A stretch of DNA of 64,000 bases from an uncultured Gaiellales bacterium (GCA_964497425.1 CAZCCR010000002.1:40336-104335), one strand, 5' to 3'; positions 38,750-49,624 are shown, counted from the first letter of the stretch. Translations and numbers: made by a program. The notes: generated by a model not told the origin, from the sequence alone.

Positions 38750-40925
38750 CCTTCAGTCCGATGCGCTGCTTGCCCCGGTCTTCACGGACCTCGATGACCT
38801 CGACCTTGACCATCTGGCCGCGCTTGACCACGTCTTCCACCTTCTTGACGCGGTGGTCCGCCAGGTTGGAGATGTGCGCCAGGCCGTCGACACCCCGTTT
38901 CAGTTCCACGAAGGCGCCGAAATCGGTGATCTTGACCACTTTGCCGACGATGATGTCGCCTTTCTCCACGTCCTTGGTCAGGTCGGTGATGCGCTGGATG
39001 ACAGCCTCGGCGCTGGCGCCGTCCGTGGAACAGATGAAGACGGTTCCGTCCTCTTCCACGTCGATGGAGACATCGAATTCCTCCACCATACCGCGGATGG
39101 TCTCGCCGCCCTTGCCGATGATGGCGCCGATCTTGTCCGGGTTGATCTGGATGGTGAAGATGCGCGGCGCGTACTCCGAGAGCTCGGCGCGCGGCTCCGG
39201 CAGGACTTCCAGCATCCTTTCCAGCACGAACTCGCGGCCGCGTTTGGCCTGGTCCAGGGCCTCGGCCATGATCTCGGGGGTGATACCCTCCTTGATCTTC
39301 AGGTCCATCTGGATGGCGGTCATACCCTCGCTGGTCCCGGCCACCTTGAAGTCCATGTCGCCCAGGTGGTCCTCGATGCCGGCGATGTCCGTCAGTATCA
39401 CGTAATGGCGGTCCACGTCCTCCGAGCCGCATTTGAGACAGCGGCGCAGGAAGACACCCTCATGGCCGCAGGAGCGGCAGGTGCTGCGCACCACAAGGCC
39501 GATGGCTATTCCCGCCACCGGACGCTTGATCTGGACGCCCGCGTCCATCAGCGCCAGGGTGGAACCGCAGGTGCTGGCCATGGATGATGAACCGTTGCTC
39601 TCCATGATCTCGCTCACCAGACGGATGGTGTAGGGGAATTCCGTTTCGTCCGGGATCATCGGCAGCAGGGCCTTCTCCGCCAAGGCGCCGTGGCCGATGT
39701 CGCGGCGCTTGGGACCGCGCATGAACCCGGTCTCGCCCACGGAGAACGGCGGGAAGTTGTAGTGATGTATATAATGCTTGCTCTCCTCCAGGCCCAGTCC
39801 GTCTATTCGCTGTTCGTCTCCGACGGAACCCAGGGTGAGCAGGGTCATGGCCTGGGTCTGGCCGCGGGTGAACAGGGCCGAGCCGTGGGTGCGCGGCGCC
39901 ACGCCGACTTCGCAGCTGATGGGCCTGATCTCCTCGGCGCCGCGGCCATCGGGACGACGCTTGTCCACAGCGATGCTGCGCCGCACCACGTCCTTCTCCA
40001 CGGCCTTGAGCATGGAGGTGACCTCGCCCACCATATCCTCCGGCGAGTCGTCATTCACCAGCTCCTTGCGCACATCATTGCGAATCTCCTCGATGCGGTC
40101 CGACCGCTCCTGTTTATCCGTGATCAGATTGGCATCTTCCAGCCTGGCACGGGCCAGTGACTCGACCTTGCCGTATAGTTCCTGGTCCGGCTCAGGCTCC
40201 TCGAAAGTCCATTTCTCCTTGCCGGCCGCCTGGCGCAGCTCCTCCTGCAGACGGCAGAGCTGCCGGATCGGTTCCTGGGCCAGCCTGACCGCCTCCATCG
40301 CCGTCTCCTCGCTGACCTCGTCGCCGCCCGCCTCCAGCATCAGGATCGAATCCTCGGTGCCGGCGATGACCATGTTCAGATCGGACTCGGGGAACTGGGG
40401 CAGGATCGGATTTATCACCAGTTCGCCACCCAGCCGGCCCACCCTGACGGCGGCGATAGGCCCCTGGAAGGGGACCTCCGAGATGGTAAGCGCCGCCGAG
40501 GCGCCCAGCAGCGCCAGCACGTCGTAGGCGTTCTCCTGGTCGGTGGAAAGGATGGTGGCGATGATCTGGACCTCGTTGGAGAAGCCCCTGGGGAAGCGCG
40601 GCCTCACCGGCCGGTCTATCAGCCTGGCGGTGAGGATGGCCTTCTCGCTGGGACGAGCCTCCCTCTTGATGAAGCCGCCGGGGATCTTGCCGGCGGCGTA
40701 CATCCGCTCCTCGATATCGACCGTGAGTGGGAAGAAGTCGATGCCTTCCTTGGGCTCGGTCCTGGCCGTGGCCGTGGCCAGCAGCATGGTGTCACCGCAA
40801 CGGACCTGTACCGCGCCGTTTGCCTGGGCGGCCAGCCGGCCGGTCTGGAGGGTGATGGTCTTTCCGCCTATCTCGGCGCTTTTCTCGACTACCTGTTTCT
40901 CTAGTACCTGATTTTTCTCTGACAA
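38724..40925 (-). CDS. pnp: Polyribonucleotide nucleotidyltransferase (PNPase)
   Basis: Two RNase PH-like domains, KH and S1 domains at the C-terminus, 733 aa; sits downstream of rpsO. Confidence 0.95.
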   Translation of the reverse strand: MSEKNQVLEKQVVEKSAEIGGKTITLQTGRLAAQANGAVQVRCGDTMLLATATARTEPKEGIDFFPLTVDIEERMYAAGKIPGGFIKREARPSEKAILTARLIDRPVRPRFPRGFSNEVQIIATILSTDQENAYDVLALLGASAALTISEVPFQGPIAAVRVGRLGGELVINPILPQFPESDLNMVIAGTEDSILMLEAGGDEVSEETAMEAVRLAQEPIRQLCRLQEELRQAAGKEKWTFEEPEPDQELYGKVESLARARLEDANLITDKQERSDRIEEIRNDVRKELVNDDSPEDMVGEVTSMLKAVEKDVVRRSIAVDKRRPDGRGAEEIRPISCEVGVAPRTHGSALFTRGQTQAMTLLTLGSVGDEQRIDGLGLEESKHYIHHYNFPPFSVGETGFMRGPKRRDIGHGALAEKALLPMIPDETEFPYTIRLVSEIMESNGSSSMASTCGSTLALMDAGVQIKRPVAGIAIGLVVRSTCRSCGHEGVFLRRCLKCGSEDVDRHYVILTDIAGIEDHLGDMDFKVAGTSEGMTAIQMDLKIKEGITPEIMAEALDQAKRGREFVLERMLEVLPEPRAELSEYAPRIFTIQINPDKIGAIIGKGGETIRGMVEEFDVSIDVEEDGTVFICSTDGASAEAVIQRITDLTKDVEKGDIIVGKVVKITDFGAFVELKRGVDGLAHISNLADHRVKKVEDVVKRGQMVKVEVIEVREDRGKQRIGLKVVDPNPEV

Positions 40926-41234
40926 GATATACTCCTTGAGCTTGGGCGTCCCGGTGCTGCGTGGTCGCGGAGGCGGAGCCGCCGCTTCCCGCGCCCGGCC
41001 CTAGGCTCAAGGCTCAGGACCCCTGGGGGGATACTCAGCCTCAGGCCTAGAGCGGATCTCTTCCAGGCACGGCAACATCCAGAAACGCGATGAACGATGA
41101 ACAGAGCCTTACAGGAATGCAGACATACTCAGATGGGTGGAGTGAAGAGTGGTACCGGATCTTGACTTAAGCCTGGTCGTTTTCTCCCTCCGGTCACCGC
41201 CGCCGGCGGCCTCATCCGGGCTACGACCTGCCTC

Positions 41235-41504
41235 CTATTTTCTCAATCCAAGTTCCTTGACTAATGTACGGTAGCGGTCGAGGTTCTTTCCCTGCAGATA
41301 GGATAACAACCGCCGTCTCTTCCCCACCATCTTCAGCAACCCTCTGCGTGAATGGTGATCCTTCTTGTGGGTCTTCAGATGCTCCGTGAGCCCGTTGATA
41401 CGCTCAGTGAGCAACGCTATCTGGACCTCGGGAGAACCGGTATCGCCATCATGGCTGCTGAACTTGCCAATCACTGATTCCTTGTCTTCCTTCGTCAGGG
41501 TCAA
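41235..41504 (-). CDS. rpsO: 30S ribosomal protein S15 (TTG start after an AAAGGAGG RBS)
   Basis: [14 protein letters not shown]...[15 protein letters not shown]...[18 protein letters not shown] matches S15. The ORF-track extension upstream is not needed. Confidence 0.9.
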   Translation of the reverse strand: MTLTKEDKESVIGKFSSHDGDTGSPEVQIALLTERINGLTEHLKTHKKDHHSRRGLLKMVGKRRRLLSYLQGKNLDRYRTLVKELGLRK

Positions 41505-41614
41505 TATCTCACCTCCTTTGCCGTTCCTGCTCCGTGGGGAATGAATCACACGCAAAAAGCTTAGCATAGTGGCAATTAAAAGGCGAACAGCAAGGGTTCA
41601 GGTTTTTCGCAGAA

Positions 41615-42748
41615 GTGCCGATCACGTATCAGAAGCCGGGGGGCAATACCAGCGGGCTACTTTTCGGGGGAAAGGTGGGAGGTACTTCAAAAGGCGGCGG
41701 TGCGGCATCCGTTCAACGGGCGCAGGCGCCGGACAAGGGCGTCATCTCATCTTGTCTGCCGGGGCTGCTGCTTTGCGCCGCGGTGGCGCTGCCTTCTTTC
41801 GAGCTCTCCCGTTACAACCCGTCCCTGGACGCCCTCGCCCTTTCGCTGATCCTGGGCATGGTGTTGAGGAACGTACTGGGACCGGGCACCGCAGTGACCC
41901 CGGGCGTACGCCTGGCCAGCGCCGTCTTCATCCCGGCCGGCATCATCCTATACGGCACCAGGCTCGATTTCCTGGTGTTCACCGGTCTGCCGGGCTATTC
42001 CATCATCGTCGTCATCGCGGCGTTCACCATGTTCTTCATCGCCATCCTCTCGCTCTCCCACCTGATGGACGTGAACCGGAGTACGGGCCTGCTCATCGCC
42101 TGCGGCTCCGCCATCTGCGGCGCCTCGGCCATCGCGGTGCTGTCACCGGTGGTGAGGGCGCGCGAACGCGACATGTCCATGGCGCTTATCGTCACCACTG
42201 TGGCGGGGCTTACCGGCGCCATGATCTATCCCATCCTGGGCGACTGGTTCTCCCTGCCGGAAAAGGTCTACGGCATCCTCTGCGGTTCCACGCTGCAACA
42301 GACGGGGATAGTGCGCCTTGCGGCTTCGCACATGGGAACGGAAGCGCTGGAGTTCGCCATTCCGGTGAAGATGCTGCGCATCGCCATGCTGGCCCCCACC
42401 GCTGTGGCCCTCGCCACTAGCGCTTCGCTGCAGAGGAACGCGGGCCCGGGCGACGACCGTTCCGCCAGGGCGCTGCAGGCGCTGAAGCGGGCCTGGTTCA
42501 TACCGATCTTCGTGGCTGTGGCGCTGGTGTTCTCCTTCGCGGGCGGAGCAGTGGAGATCCGCGAGTCCTTCAAGCCTTTCGCCACCATCGCCCTCTCAAT
42601 GGCGCTGGCCAGTATCGGCCTCAGGGTCGACCTGGGCTCCATCAGGGCCATGGGCTCACGGCCGCTGCTGCTGGGCTTCGCCGGCTGGGCGCTGGTGGGT
42701 TCCGTAATACTGGCCGCGCTGGTCATACTTGCGGGAGCGCTCAATTGA
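41615..42748 (+). CDS. YeiH-family (UPF0324) putative sulfate-exporter-type membrane protein; true start probably downstream of 41615
   Basis: About ten TM helices, glycine-rich repeated halves typical of the YeiH/Cons_hypoth698 family. Confidence 0.6.
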   Translation: MPITYQKPGGNTSGLLFGGKVGGTSKGGGAASVQRAQAPDKGVISSCLPGLLLCAAVALPSFELSRYNPSLDALALSLILGMVLRNVLGPGTAVTPGVRLASAVFIPAGIILYGTRLDFLVFTGLPGYSIIVVIAAFTMFFIAILSLSHLMDVNRSTGLLIACGSAICGASAIAVLSPVVRARERDMSMALIVTTVAGLTGAMIYPILGDWFSLPEKVYGILCGSTLQQTGIVRLAASHMGTEALEFAIPVKMLRIAMLAPTAVALATSASLQRNAGPGDDRSARALQALKRAWFIPIFVAVALVFSFAGGAVEIRESFKPFATIALSMALASIGLRVDLGSIRAMGSRPLLLGFAGWALVGSVILAALVILAGALN

Positions 42749-44703
42749 AAAGAAGCATCTTCCAGAAGACCTTGCTCATATTCATGGTCGTGGCCCTCGT
42801 GCCGGCGACCATCATCGTTCTCAGGAGCACCAACATATATTCACAGCATCTGGGCGAGTTGGTGGAGGAACAGTCCCTCACGCAGGAACAGGCGGACAGG
42901 CAGCTGGGCGAGATAAGGACCCAGGCGCTGGTCTATGGCGGCTACGGCGGCGCCATCGCCCTGATACTCGGTTATTTCTTCGCCGCCAGCCTGGTCAATC
43001 CCATCCGTTCGCTGCAGCAGGGAGCGCGCCAGATAGGGAACGGCGAGCTGGACTACAGGGTGGAGAGCGGGTCCGAAGACGAACTGGCGGAACTGGCGGA
43101 TTCCATCAACCAGATGGCCGCCTCGCTGCAGACCCGCGAGTCAGAGCTCAGACAGCACAGCCAGGACCTCTCGCTGCTGTACCAGTTCGCCCACGACATC
43201 TCCGAGTCCCATCACCTGAACGAGCTGCTGTCAAAGGCCCTGAACAAAGCCCTCGAGATATCCGGGTCGGAGCAGGGCTGCGTCTACCTCGTCGATGGCG
43301 AGGGCAGCCTGGAACCGGCGCTCTGCAGTTACAGCGACAAGGCGCCGGCAAAGAGGCAGACCTCCACCTTCGACAGCGCCGCCATGTCCGCCAGCGGCTC
43401 CGGTGAGCCGGTTATCGTCAGGTACGACGGCGGCGAGACAGAGATGGCGGTGGCCTGTGTCGCCCTGGTCTATGAGCAGAACGTGCAGGGCGCCGTCTGT
43501 GTCGCCGGAAAGGCCTCGGCCTTCACGGAAGACACCATGAAACTGCTGTCGGCCATCAGCAGCGAGACCGCGGTCGCAATAGAGAACAGCCGGCTGCTGG
43601 ACCAGCTGGAGACGCAGAACCGCGAGCTTTCCCGCGCCACTGAGGAGATAGCCAGCCTGATCAAGCGGGCGGAGGAGAAGGAGGGTTTCGGTATCCGCTA
43701 CCAGAACCCGAACCTGGCCAGGTGCTGGGAGATGAAGGAATGCACCCAGGAGCAGTGCCCTTCATACATGTCCGAAGACCTGCGCTGCTGGCAGGTGGCT
43801 GGAACCCATTGCGGCGGAGAAGTACAGGGCGTCTTCGCCCAGAAGCTTGGCCGTTGCGAGAAGTGCGAGGTGTTCCTGCATGCCTGCCCCGACCGCCTGA
43901 CGGTGCTGGGCGAGACCTTCAACAACATGATGGCCGCCCTGGAGCAGGAGGTGCTCGACCGTGAGAAGCTGCAGCAGCAGCTGTTCAAGTCGACCAAGCT
44001 GGCAGCCATCGGCGAACTCGCCGCTGAAGTCGCCCATGAGATCAACAACCCCATGACCGGCATCCTCGCCAACGCCATGCTGATGAAGAGAGCGGACCTT
44101 GACCGTGGGGAGCTGCAGCGCAAGCTTGAAGTGATCGAGAGCGAAGCCTACCGCACCAGGGATATCGTCCACAACCTGCTGGACTTCGCCCATGAAGAGA
44201 GCCAGTTCCGTCCCGAGCCCGTCGACCTGGCGGCTATCCTCGACCAGACGGTGAGGGTGGTGGAGCAGCAGGCGGCCCTGGCATCGGTGACGATCGAGAT
44301 GGAGCTGGATGAGAGCCTGCCGCAGGTAGTCGTGGACGCCAACCATATCAAGCAGGTCTTCCTCAATATCATCACCAACGCCATTCACGCGATGCCCGGC
44401 GGCGGCATGGTCAGGATCAGCGCCAGGGAGGGCGGCGGCAACGGAGATCAGCGGTTCCTGCGCGTCGACCTGAGCGACACCGGCACAGGCATGGACGAGG
44501 AGAAACAGGCGCGTATCTTCGACCCCTTCTTCACCACCAAGCAGGAAGGAAAGGGCACGGGGCTGGGGTTGGCCGTGTCCCAACGCATCATCAGTGAGCA
44601 CGGCGGTGAGATAACGGTCAAGTCAGAGCCCGGCAAAGGCTCCACCTTCAGCGTCACCCTGCCCGCGAAGACCGCCGGCGGCGAACAGCAGGATGCTGCC
44701 TGA
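42745..44703 (+). CDS. Sensor histidine kinase: TM-HAMP-GAF-(8-Cys insert)-HisKA-HATPase; no adjacent response regulator
   Basis: HAMP after the first TM, GAF-like region, H-box AHEINNP, N/G1/G2 boxes (ITNAIHAMPGGG...DTGTGM...GTGLGL). Cys-rich segment CWEMKECTQEQCPSY...CWQVAGTHCGG...CEKCEVFLHAC. Confidence 0.85.
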   Translation: MKRSIFQKTLLIFMVVALVPATIIVLRSTNIYSQHLGELVEEQSLTQEQADRQLGEIRTQALVYGGYGGAIALILGYFFAASLVNPIRSLQQGARQIGNGELDYRVESGSEDELAELADSINQMAASLQTRESELRQHSQDLSLLYQFAHDISESHHLNELLSKALNKALEISGSEQGCVYLVDGEGSLEPALCSYSDKAPAKRQTSTFDSAAMSASGSGEPVIVRYDGGETEMAVACVALVYEQNVQGAVCVAGKASAFTEDTMKLLSAISSETAVAIENSRLLDQLETQNRELSRATEEIASLIKRAEEKEGFGIRYQNPNLARCWEMKECTQEQCPSYMSEDLRCWQVAGTHCGGEVQGVFAQKLGRCEKCEVFLHACPDRLTVLGETFNNMMAALEQEVLDREKLQQQLFKSTKLAAIGELAAEVAHEINNPMTGILANAMLMKRADLDRGELQRKLEVIESEAYRTRDIVHNLLDFAHEESQFRPEPVDLAAILDQTVRVVEQQAALASVTIEMELDESLPQVVVDANHIKQVFLNIITNAIHAMPGGGMVRISAREGGGNGDQRFLRVDLSDTGTGMDEEKQARIFDPFFTTKQEGKGTGLGLAVSQRIISEHGGEITVKSEPGKGSTFSVTLPAKTAGGEQQDAA

Positions 44704-44759
44704 ACCGGCCGGCCGGCGGCGGAGACACCTCCAGCGCGCCGGAGAGGCGCCGGCGGCTC

Positions 44760-45716
44760 TCAATCCTCCCGGTTCACCGCGAAGCCGTCATAGGCCCGGG
44801 CGGCGGCGATATCCTTCTTTATCTGCTCCACCAGGGCTTCCGGCCCTTCGAACTTCATCTCCCCCCGCAGCCTTTCCAGGAAATCGACACGCACGTCCAT
44901 GCCGTATATGTTGCGGTCGAAATCGAGGATATGGGCCTCAATGCGCATCTTCTGGTCACTGTCGTCATCGGTGGCGCAGAAGGTAGGGTTGTGGCCGATG
45001 TTGACCAGGCAGGCGTATGGCTGTTTGCCGACGAATAGGTCGGCCATGTAGACGCCCCTGCCGGGGAAGATGCAGTCGACGCGGGCATCGATGTTGGCCG
45101 TGCGCACCCCCAGGGTGCGCCCGCGTTTGTCGCCGTGTACCACCCTGCCGTGGGTCGAGGGGGGCCGGCCCAGTATCTCCCGCACCTCATCGAGCCTGCC
45201 GTCCATCAGCGCCTTGCGGATGCGCGTGGAAGAGATGGGCTTCCCGCCCGCCTGGACAAGCGGCACGGCGGTCACCTCCATGCCACTCTCCCGGCCGTAT
45301 TCGGCAAGATAGCCTACATCGCCCTCGGCCTTGAAGCCGAAACGGAAGTTCTCCCCGACTATCACGTGGATGGCCCCGAGATGGGAAGCGAACAGCATGT
45401 CGCAGAATTCCCGCGGGGGCATGCGGGAGAACTCCCGCTCGAAGGTGATGATCAGCAGCTCATCCACGCCCAGGTCCTCGATCAGGTCCGTCTTGATGTT
45501 GAGGGGGGTCAGTATGGGCGGACATTTCTCGGGAGCGATCACCGACAGCGGATGCGGATGGAAGGTCATCACCATGCTGATGGCGTCCTCGGCCGCCGCT
45601 GCCTCGACGGCGTCGCTGATTATACGCTGGTGGCCGATATGCACCCCGTCGAATGTGCCGATGGCGACCACGCGCCTGCCATCGGGCACCTCATCCATGC
45701 TGCGGAATATCCTCAT
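44760..45716 (-). CDS. ribF: Bifunctional riboflavin kinase / FMN adenylyltransferase (start at MRIFRSM)
   Basis: N-terminal GTFDGVHIGH nucleotidyltransferase motif, C-terminal riboflavin kinase domain. Confidence 0.9.
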   Translation of the reverse strand: MRIFRSMDEVPDGRRVVAIGTFDGVHIGHQRIISDAVEAAAAEDAISMVMTFHPHPLSVIAPEKCPPILTPLNIKTDLIEDLGVDELLIITFEREFSRMPPREFCDMLFASHLGAIHVIVGENFRFGFKAEGDVGYLAEYGRESGMEVTAVPLVQAGGKPISSTRIRKALMDGRLDEVREILGRPPSTHGRVVHGDKRGRTLGVRTANIDARVDCIFPGRGVYMADLFVGKQPYACLVNIGHNPTFCATDDDSDQKMRIEAHILDFDRNIYGMDVRVDFLERLRGEMKFEGPEALVEQIKKDIAAARAYDGFAVNRED

Positions 45717-46621
45717 AGGAGAATCACTCTCGGGTAGATCGATCCCTCCCTGTCGCCCGGACCATAGACAGCCACCAGCCTGCCCTCTGCGGCAAGCCTG
45801 ACCGGCCCGGTCTCCGTGCCCTCTATTGGACGGCCGTGGGAGACGGCCTGGAGTTCGCCTGGCGTCAATTCTCTTTCGGGAAGGAAATATAGCGCACCCA
45901 TGCATGAAATAAAAGCCGGGTTGGCGCCGCCGAGCAGTTCCTGCCGGGGCAGGGGCTCCAGTTCGTCGAGCGAGGCGGCGTCGCCGGCCCTGAACCCGCC
46001 CACGGCCGTTCGGCGCAGTTCACTGACATAGGCGCCGCTGCCCAGGGCCTCTCCCAGGTCCTCACAGAGTTTCCTGATGTAAGTACCTCCCGAGCAGTTC
46101 ACCGTCAGCCGCGCTTCCTGTCCCTCCTCATCGAAACCATCCAGCTTTATGCCACGTATCTCCACTTCGCGCCAGGGAGCCTCCACCTGCTCCCCGCGCC
46201 GGACGCGCCGGTGCAGCGGCACTCCTCCCACCTTGACCGCTGAATAGAGAGGCGCCTGCTGCCTTATCCTGCCGGTGAAGCGCGGCAGCGCTTCCTGCAG
46301 CCGCCCGGCGCTCACCACCCCCTCCACGGGAGTGATCTCCCCGTCCACGTCGCCGGTGGTGGAGACGGCGCCGAAGCGGATAGTGGCGCGGTATTCCTTC
46401 TCCAGGGGGGCCAGGTAGTCGAAGAGCCGGGTTGCCTTCCCCATCAACAACAGGAGCAGGCCGGTGGCGAAGGGGTCGAGGGTGCCGCCATGGCCGACCT
46501 TCCTGATACCGGCCATGCGCCGCAGGCGGTCGACGACATCGTGGGAGGTGATCCCCGCGGGTTTGTCCACCAGGATGACACCGCAGACGCCTAAAGCGCC
46601 GCTCTCCCTATTCCTGTTCAT
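45713..46621 (-). CDS. truB: tRNA pseudouridine(55) synthase
   Basis: VDKPAGITSHDVV catalytic Asp motif, PUA-like C-terminus. Confidence 0.9.
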   Translation of the reverse strand: MNRNRESGALGVCGVILVDKPAGITSHDVVDRLRRMAGIRKVGHGGTLDPFATGLLLLLMGKATRLFDYLAPLEKEYRATIRFGAVSTTGDVDGEITPVEGVVSAGRLQEALPRFTGRIRQQAPLYSAVKVGGVPLHRRVRRGEQVEAPWREVEIRGIKLDGFDEEGQEARLTVNCSGGTYIRKLCEDLGEALGSGAYVSELRRTAVGGFRAGDAASLDELEPLPRQELLGGANPAFISCMGALYFLPERELTPGELQAVSHGRPIEGTETGPVRLAAEGRLVAVYGPGDREGSIYPRVILL

Positions 46622-46952
46622 GCTCCCTCAGCAGCTTCTCGATGCGCATGCCGCGCTCGATGCTCTCGTCAAGCTCAAAAGAGAGCTGGGGAGTGTGTTT
46701 CAGGCCCAGCTGGCGGCTGATGAGCGATTGCAGGTATCCATGGGAGCGCTCCAGGCCCGTCATGGTCTGCTCCACCCGGCTGTCATCACCCATGACGCTC
46801 ACGTAGACGCGGGCATGTTTGAGGTCGGGGGAGGTGTCGACGGAAATCACCGTGACAAACCCGATACGAGGGTCCTTCAGGCCCGCTGCCAGCGCCTCGC
46901 TCAGCACCTCCCGCACCGCTTCGTTGACTCGCCTCATCCTCTGGCCGGACAT
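46608..46952 (-). CDS. rbfA: Ribosome-binding factor A
   Basis: 114 aa KH-like RbfA fold; follows infB/DUF503 as in the conserved operon. Confidence 0.85.
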   Translation of the reverse strand: MSGQRMRRVNEAVREVLSEALAAGLKDPRIGFVTVISVDTSPDLKHARVYVSVMGDDSRVEQTMTGLERSHGYLQSLISRQLGLKHTPQLSFELDESIERGMRIEKLLREHEQE

Positions 46953-46953
46953 C

Positions 46954-47232
46954 TCAGCTGCCCTCCACCTTGATTATCTCGCTCTCCAGGGACGACAGCC
47001 TCAGGTCACGACCTTCGATGAACGCGGTCATCCTGCCCAGGGCCTGCTCCAGCTCGCTGCTGGAAGATGAACTGAGGGATATCACCAGCCGCGACCGTTG
47101 CCACAGATCATGGTATCCCACTTCGGCGACGGAGGCGCCGAACCTGCGGATCAGGATATCCTTGAGGCCGCGCAGCGACTGGCGCTTGTCCTTGAGAGAG
47201 CCGTTGCCGGGAAAATGGATATCAACCGCCAT
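46954..47232 (-). CDS. DUF503 (YlxP-like) protein
   Basis: MAVDIHFPGNGSLKDKRQ motif, small protein between infB and rbfA. Confidence 0.7.
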   Translation of the reverse strand: MAVDIHFPGNGSLKDKRQSLRGLKDILIRRFGASVAEVGYHDLWQRSRLVISLSSSSSSELEQALGRMTAFIEGRDLRLSSLESEIIKVEGS

Positions 47233-47248
47233 GATGCCGACGAAGCCA

Positions 47249-49624
47249 TCAGCCCGGTTTGACTTCCTTCGTCTCGTAGAACTCAAGGACATCGCCCTCT
47301 TTTACATCATTGAAATCCTCGATGAGGATGCCGCATTCATAACCTTCCTCAACTTCCCGGGCATCCTCCTTGAACCGCTTCAGGGAGGCCAGCTTTCCTT
47401 CATGGACTATGGTGCCGTCACGCACTACCCGTACCAGGGCGCTGCGCGTCACCTTGCCCCTGGTCACATAGCAGCCGGCGATGGTTCCCAGCCGGGAGGC
47501 CTTGAACAACTGCCTCACCTCGGCCTCGCCCATCTCCACTTCCTTGTAGGTGGGCTCCAGCATCCCCAGCAGCGCCGCCTTCACATCCTCGGTGACCTTG
47601 TAGATGACGCTGTAGGTGCGCACATCCACCCCCTCGATGCCGGCGATGGTCTTGGCGGAGGAGTTGGGCCTGACGTTGAACCCGAGGACGATGGCCTGGG
47701 AGGCGGCCGCCAGCATCACGTCGGATTCGTTGATGGCGCCGACGCCGGTGTGGATGATGTTTATCTTCACCTCTTCATGCTCGATCTGCCTGAGCGCTTC
47801 ATCCAGAGCCTCCACCGAGCCGGCTACATCGGCCTTGATCACGAGGTTGAGGTCCTTGACTTCCCCCTGCTTGATGCGGGTGAAGACGTCATCCAGGGTT
47901 AGGGCGTGCCGCTTGGCCAGTATCTCGGCCTTGACCCTGTCGGCCCGGCGCTGGGCCAGCACCCGCGCCCGGCGTTCGTCCTCCACCACGCGGCAGGGCT
48001 CGCCCGCCTGGGGGACGGAATCGAATCCCAGTATCTCGACCGGTACCGAGGGACCGGCGGCCTTCAGTGGTTTACCGCGGAAGTCGTTCATGGCCTTGAC
48101 CTTGCCCGATGCCTCGCCGGCGACGATCGCGTCTCCCACGTGCAGGGTGCCCCGCCCGACCAGGACCGTAGCGACCACGCCGCGGCCCGGGTCCACCTTG
48201 GACTCGATGACCACGCCACTGGCCTGGGTGTCCGGGTTGGCCCTGAGCTCCTGCACCTCGGCGACCAGGAGGATGGTCTCCAGCAGATCGTCCAGGCCGA
48301 TCCTCTTCTTGGCGCTGACATCGGTGAATATGGTGTCGCCACCCCATTCCTCCGGCACCAGTTCCTTCTCCGACAGCTCCTGCCGCACGCGGTCGGGGTT
48401 GGCGTCGTCCTTGTCGATCTTGTTGACCGCCACCACCACGGGCACCTCCGCCGCCTTGCAATGGTCGATAGCCTCAATGGTTTGCGGCATGACGCCGTCA
48501 TCGGCAGCTACCACCAGAACCGCCACATCGGTGACCTTTGCACCACGCGCACGCATGGCAGTGAACGCCTCGTGACCGGGAGTATCGAGAAAGGATATGG
48601 CCTTGCCGTCGTGTTCCACCTGGTAGGCGCCGATATGCTGGGTGATGCCACCGGCTTCGGTGGCGGTCACCTCCGTTTCGCGGATGGCGTCCAGCAGAGA
48701 GGTCTTGCCGTGGTCCACATGGCCCATGATGGTCACCACCGGCGCCCGGGGCTTGAGATCCTCGGGCCGGTCTTCCACCTTCTCCTCTTCCTCCTGCTCC
48801 AGGTGGACGATGTCTATCTGACGTTCCAGGTCATCCCCGATGATGGATATGGCCTCGTCGCTCAGTGACTGGGTGATAGTGGCCATCTCTCCGTAACCCA
48901 TCAGTCGCTTGATGATGTCGGAAGTGGACAAGCCCAGGGCTGACGCGAGTTCCTTGACCGTGGCGCCGGAGTTCACCCGTACCGGGCCGCTGGGAACCGC
49001 CGTCGGCGCCGCCGCTTCCTCCTCATGTTCAGCTACAGCCGTGGCCGCTTTCCTGCCACCCTTGTGCTTAACCCGGTGTGAGCGCCCCGAAGGCACGAAA
49101 CTGCGTCTCTTGGCAGTGGAGGAATCGATGATGACGCGGCGGCGTTTGCCATGGGCTTTGGCCTTGCTGGGAGCCCTGCGTTGTTTCTTTGGAGCCGCGG
49201 CGGCGGTTTTCCCGGCCCCCTCGCCCGCCGGAGATGCCTTTTCGCCGCCCTTGGCTGCAGGAGCTTTCGCCCCGCCCCTGGCTGCAGGAGCTTTCGCCCC
49301 GGCCTTGGCCTTTGCCCCGGCTCCAGCCTTTGCCTTGGCACCGGTGTGGGCGCCTGTCTTCGCTTTGGCTTTGGCTTCGGCTCCCGGCCCTGGCTTGGTC
49401 CTGGCGGCCTTGTCTTTCGCTGCAGCTTCAGCCTTGGGTCCGGTCGTTGCTTCGGCGCCACCCGCTTTCCCTGCGGCGGCGGCCAGGGCCGCCCGCGCTT
49501 CGTCGACATCCACACCCGCCAGGCTGCTCTTGACCTGGATGCCCGCAGCCTGAAGCAGCCTGAGCGCCTCACCGCTCGAGATATCATGTTCCTTTGCTAT
49601 CTCATGGACCCTTTTTCTGGCCAT
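47249..49624 (-). CDS. infB: Translation initiation factor IF-2 with a low-complexity Ala/Lys-rich N-terminal region
   Basis: GTPase G1-G4 ([12 protein letters not shown]...DTPGHEAF...NKIDK), IF2 beta-barrel domains, N-terminal AKAKAK/GAKAPAA repeats. Confidence 0.95.
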   Translation of the reverse strand: MARKRVHEIAKEHDISSGEALRLLQAAGIQVKSSLAGVDVDEARAALAAAAGKAGGAEATTGPKAEAAAKDKAARTKPGPGAEAKAKAKTGAHTGAKAKAGAGAKAKAGAKAPAARGGAKAPAAKGGEKASPAGEGAGKTAAAAPKKQRRAPSKAKAHGKRRRVIIDSSTAKRRSFVPSGRSHRVKHKGGRKAATAVAEHEEEAAAPTAVPSGPVRVNSGATVKELASALGLSTSDIIKRLMGYGEMATITQSLSDEAISIIGDDLERQIDIVHLEQEEEEKVEDRPEDLKPRAPVVTIMGHVDHGKTSLLDAIRETEVTATEAGGITQHIGAYQVEHDGKAISFLDTPGHEAFTAMRARGAKVTDVAVLVVAADDGVMPQTIEAIDHCKAAEVPVVVAVNKIDKDDANPDRVRQELSEKELVPEEWGGDTIFTDVSAKKRIGLDDLLETILLVAEVQELRANPDTQASGVVIESKVDPGRGVVATVLVGRGTLHVGDAIVAGEASGKVKAMNDFRGKPLKAAGPSVPVEILGFDSVPQAGEPCRVVEDERRARVLAQRRADRVKAEILAKRHALTLDDVFTRIKQGEVKDLNLVIKADVAGSVEALDEALRQIEHEEVKINIIHTGVGAINESDVMLAAASQAIVLGFNVRPNSSAKTIAGIEGVDVRTYSVIYKVTEDVKAALLGMLEPTYKEVEMGEAEVRQLFKASRLGTIAGCYVTRGKVTRSALVRVVRDGTIVHEGKLASLKRFKEDAREVEEGYECGILIEDFNDVKEGDVLEFYETKEVKPG

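Noticed and set aside
38325-39587. 420-aa plus-strand ORF and 216-aa minus alternative-frame ORF
   Set aside because: Overlap pnp in other frames. PNPase is unambiguous in its own frame.
44704-44759. Bidirectional terminator between the convergent histidine kinase and ribF
   Set aside because: GC-rich partial palindromes (gccggcggc/gcgccggcggc) are present, but no clean stem with complementary arms could be confirmed by eye.
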